Shown here: one piece after another, positions 62,066 through 64,000 of the stretch
Position numbering within the stretch: position 1 is the stretch's first letter
How the letters are laid out: each line of letters begins with the position of its first letter
NCBI RefSeq assembly: GCF_009914755.1
Contig: NC_060936.1
Origin: the human T2T-CHM13v2.0 reference genome, Homo sapiens
Reading direction: 5' to 3' (one strand)
Length of the DNA stretch: 64,000 bases
Notes under the pieces: generated by a model
Told to the model about the DNA's origin: nothing
Seen by the model: only the letters and a program-made list of their open reading frames with translations
Databases searched by the model: none
Translations under genes and position numbers: made by a program

Positions 62066-62625
62066 TTTCCTAAATAAATTTTTTAAAAGCTTGTGTTCTT
62101 ACTCCCTTAGTTCGCCCATGTCCTGTCTTACTTTCTTTTATATCGTCTTGACTTTCAGAGATCAGAGAGAGTGTTCTAATTGCCTGCAAGCCTATGGAGG
62201 ACAAGAAAACTGTCAGAAGGAAAAAGATTGACTACATTTCTCAGCAACTTTTCACATCAGGGAAAGCTAGTAGAGCACTATTAAACCAGCAAGGCTGTTA
62301 AACAGGGACTTGAAAGTTTACAAGGTACATTGGTGTATAAAGGATGCACAAACTGCCATAAAGTGGCTAAGATATACATTACCGTCACCTCTGGGCATCT
62401 GACAGATCCAAATGTAAGATTGCCGCAATCATTTCTGTTCTATAAAACTGGCATTTTAGTTCAAATGCCATTCTATAAAATGAGATTTTGCTATGAATTT
62501 TATGAGAAAATCTTAATGATACTAAGTGTTCCAAGTAGCAAAACTTTTAGAGAACTTGGCAAGTGAATAACTGTCCCTTTATTTCTGTTCAGTTGTCACC
62601 AAACTCTGGACATCACAAAGGATGA

Positions 62626-62950
<325 letters not shown>

Positions 62951-64000
62951 AGGAATCAATGAAGAAAATCACAGAACAATGTAGTTCAGTGTTCTTATTT
63001 TACAAAATAAAAAACAAAGACCTAGAGAAATTAAGCTCTTTGGTCAAGCCTTCTTGGCTTTGATTCCCTATTCAAACCTTTTTTGAAGTAATACATAAAA
63101 ACCTATGAATAGCCACCCTTCTAGGAGGTGGCAGAAGTGGAACTAGGTTTCAGATTTCCTTGTCCAAGAGTAAGACTCTTTGTATAACTTCATAGAAAAC
63201 CACTCTGGCTGTTAAAGCTCCCATGCCCTAAAAGTAAAGAACTACACATCAATAATGAAATCTGTAGACTCTCCTGCTGTATTACACTCATAAATGAGTA
63301 GACAAATTCCATGGCCAAGAAATAACATGGCTGAAGCAAATGTAATTTGAGTTGTTTTATAATTTCCTTACTGTATTGCCTAGGATTCCTTGGTTCCAGT
63401 TGGAAAAAAATCTCAAACTCACTTAAAATATATATAATTTATAGGTTTATATAACTGAGAAGTCCAATGTCCCCAGGACCTTGCTCTATCTGCCAAGTCT
63501 ACCCACCATTTGACTTTATTCTTGGACTCAGTAACGAGATAGTGGTTAGCAGTTCTGACCCAATATTCCAACAGACTCAAATCCAGCAGAGAAGGTGATG
63601 GATTTTCCTGGTTTCTGTTACATCAAGTCCCAATTTTGCCTCTGATTGGGCAAAATTGGTTATGACATGTCATTCCTCTATTCAAAATCCTCCAATAATA
63701 GCTCCTTGTCTTCCTGAGAATGAAAGCTGAAATTCCTATAGTGGCCTACAAGGTCCTACACAGTCTGGTCCCCAATATTCTCTGAAGAAACCTCCTTCTG
63801 TTCACCCCTTGCTCATTCTACTCAGTCACATTTGGTCACTTGCTATCACTTGGACACACCACACATAACCCCACTTTAGGCCTTTGCACTGACTTCCCTC
63901 TGTGTGGCATATTCTTTTTTTTTTTAATCCAAGGAAACATTTTATCCTGGAAATAAAGAATTTCCACATGCATAAAAGATCAGAAAACATCCACTAGGAC

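Overview
Primate, almost certainly human, genomic DNA: AT-rich, dense in Alu/L1/L2/MIR repeats, no CpG island. It holds the + strand RAB21 gene from inside intron 1 to its end. Coding exons 2-7 (13281-13340, 14073-14180, 17440-17503, 25511-25565, 26050-26138, 29011-29153) have GT-AG boundaries and splice in frame to ASFLTKKLNIGGKRVNLAIW-DTAGQERF...GNKID...TSAK...GGGCCSSG*. Exon 1 lies upstream of the window. A 3' UTR follows, with proximal poly(A) signals near 30.7-31.0 kb and a possible long form ending near 43.77 kb, then about 20 kb of repeat-rich intergenic DNA with two ERV1 solo LTRs. The supplied ORFs are almost all Alu/L1 or chance frames. I found no new gene or wholly new system. Best leads: (1) exons 4, 5 and 6 all begin with GTA, so splicing rebuilds 5' splice sites (possible re-splicing cascade); (2) a near-perfect 203-bp local templated insertion inside an Alu; (3) a ~54-bp polyadenylated retrocopy of an LTR transcript end with a 17-bp TSD; (4) nested inverted Alus and five miR-124 seed sites in the putative long 3' UTR, whose distal AATAAA appears to have arisen in an old L1; (5) a +4 tandem donor predicting an unprenylated RAB21. 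Repeat subfamily calls are from memory of consensus sequences, and repeat boundaries are approximate.
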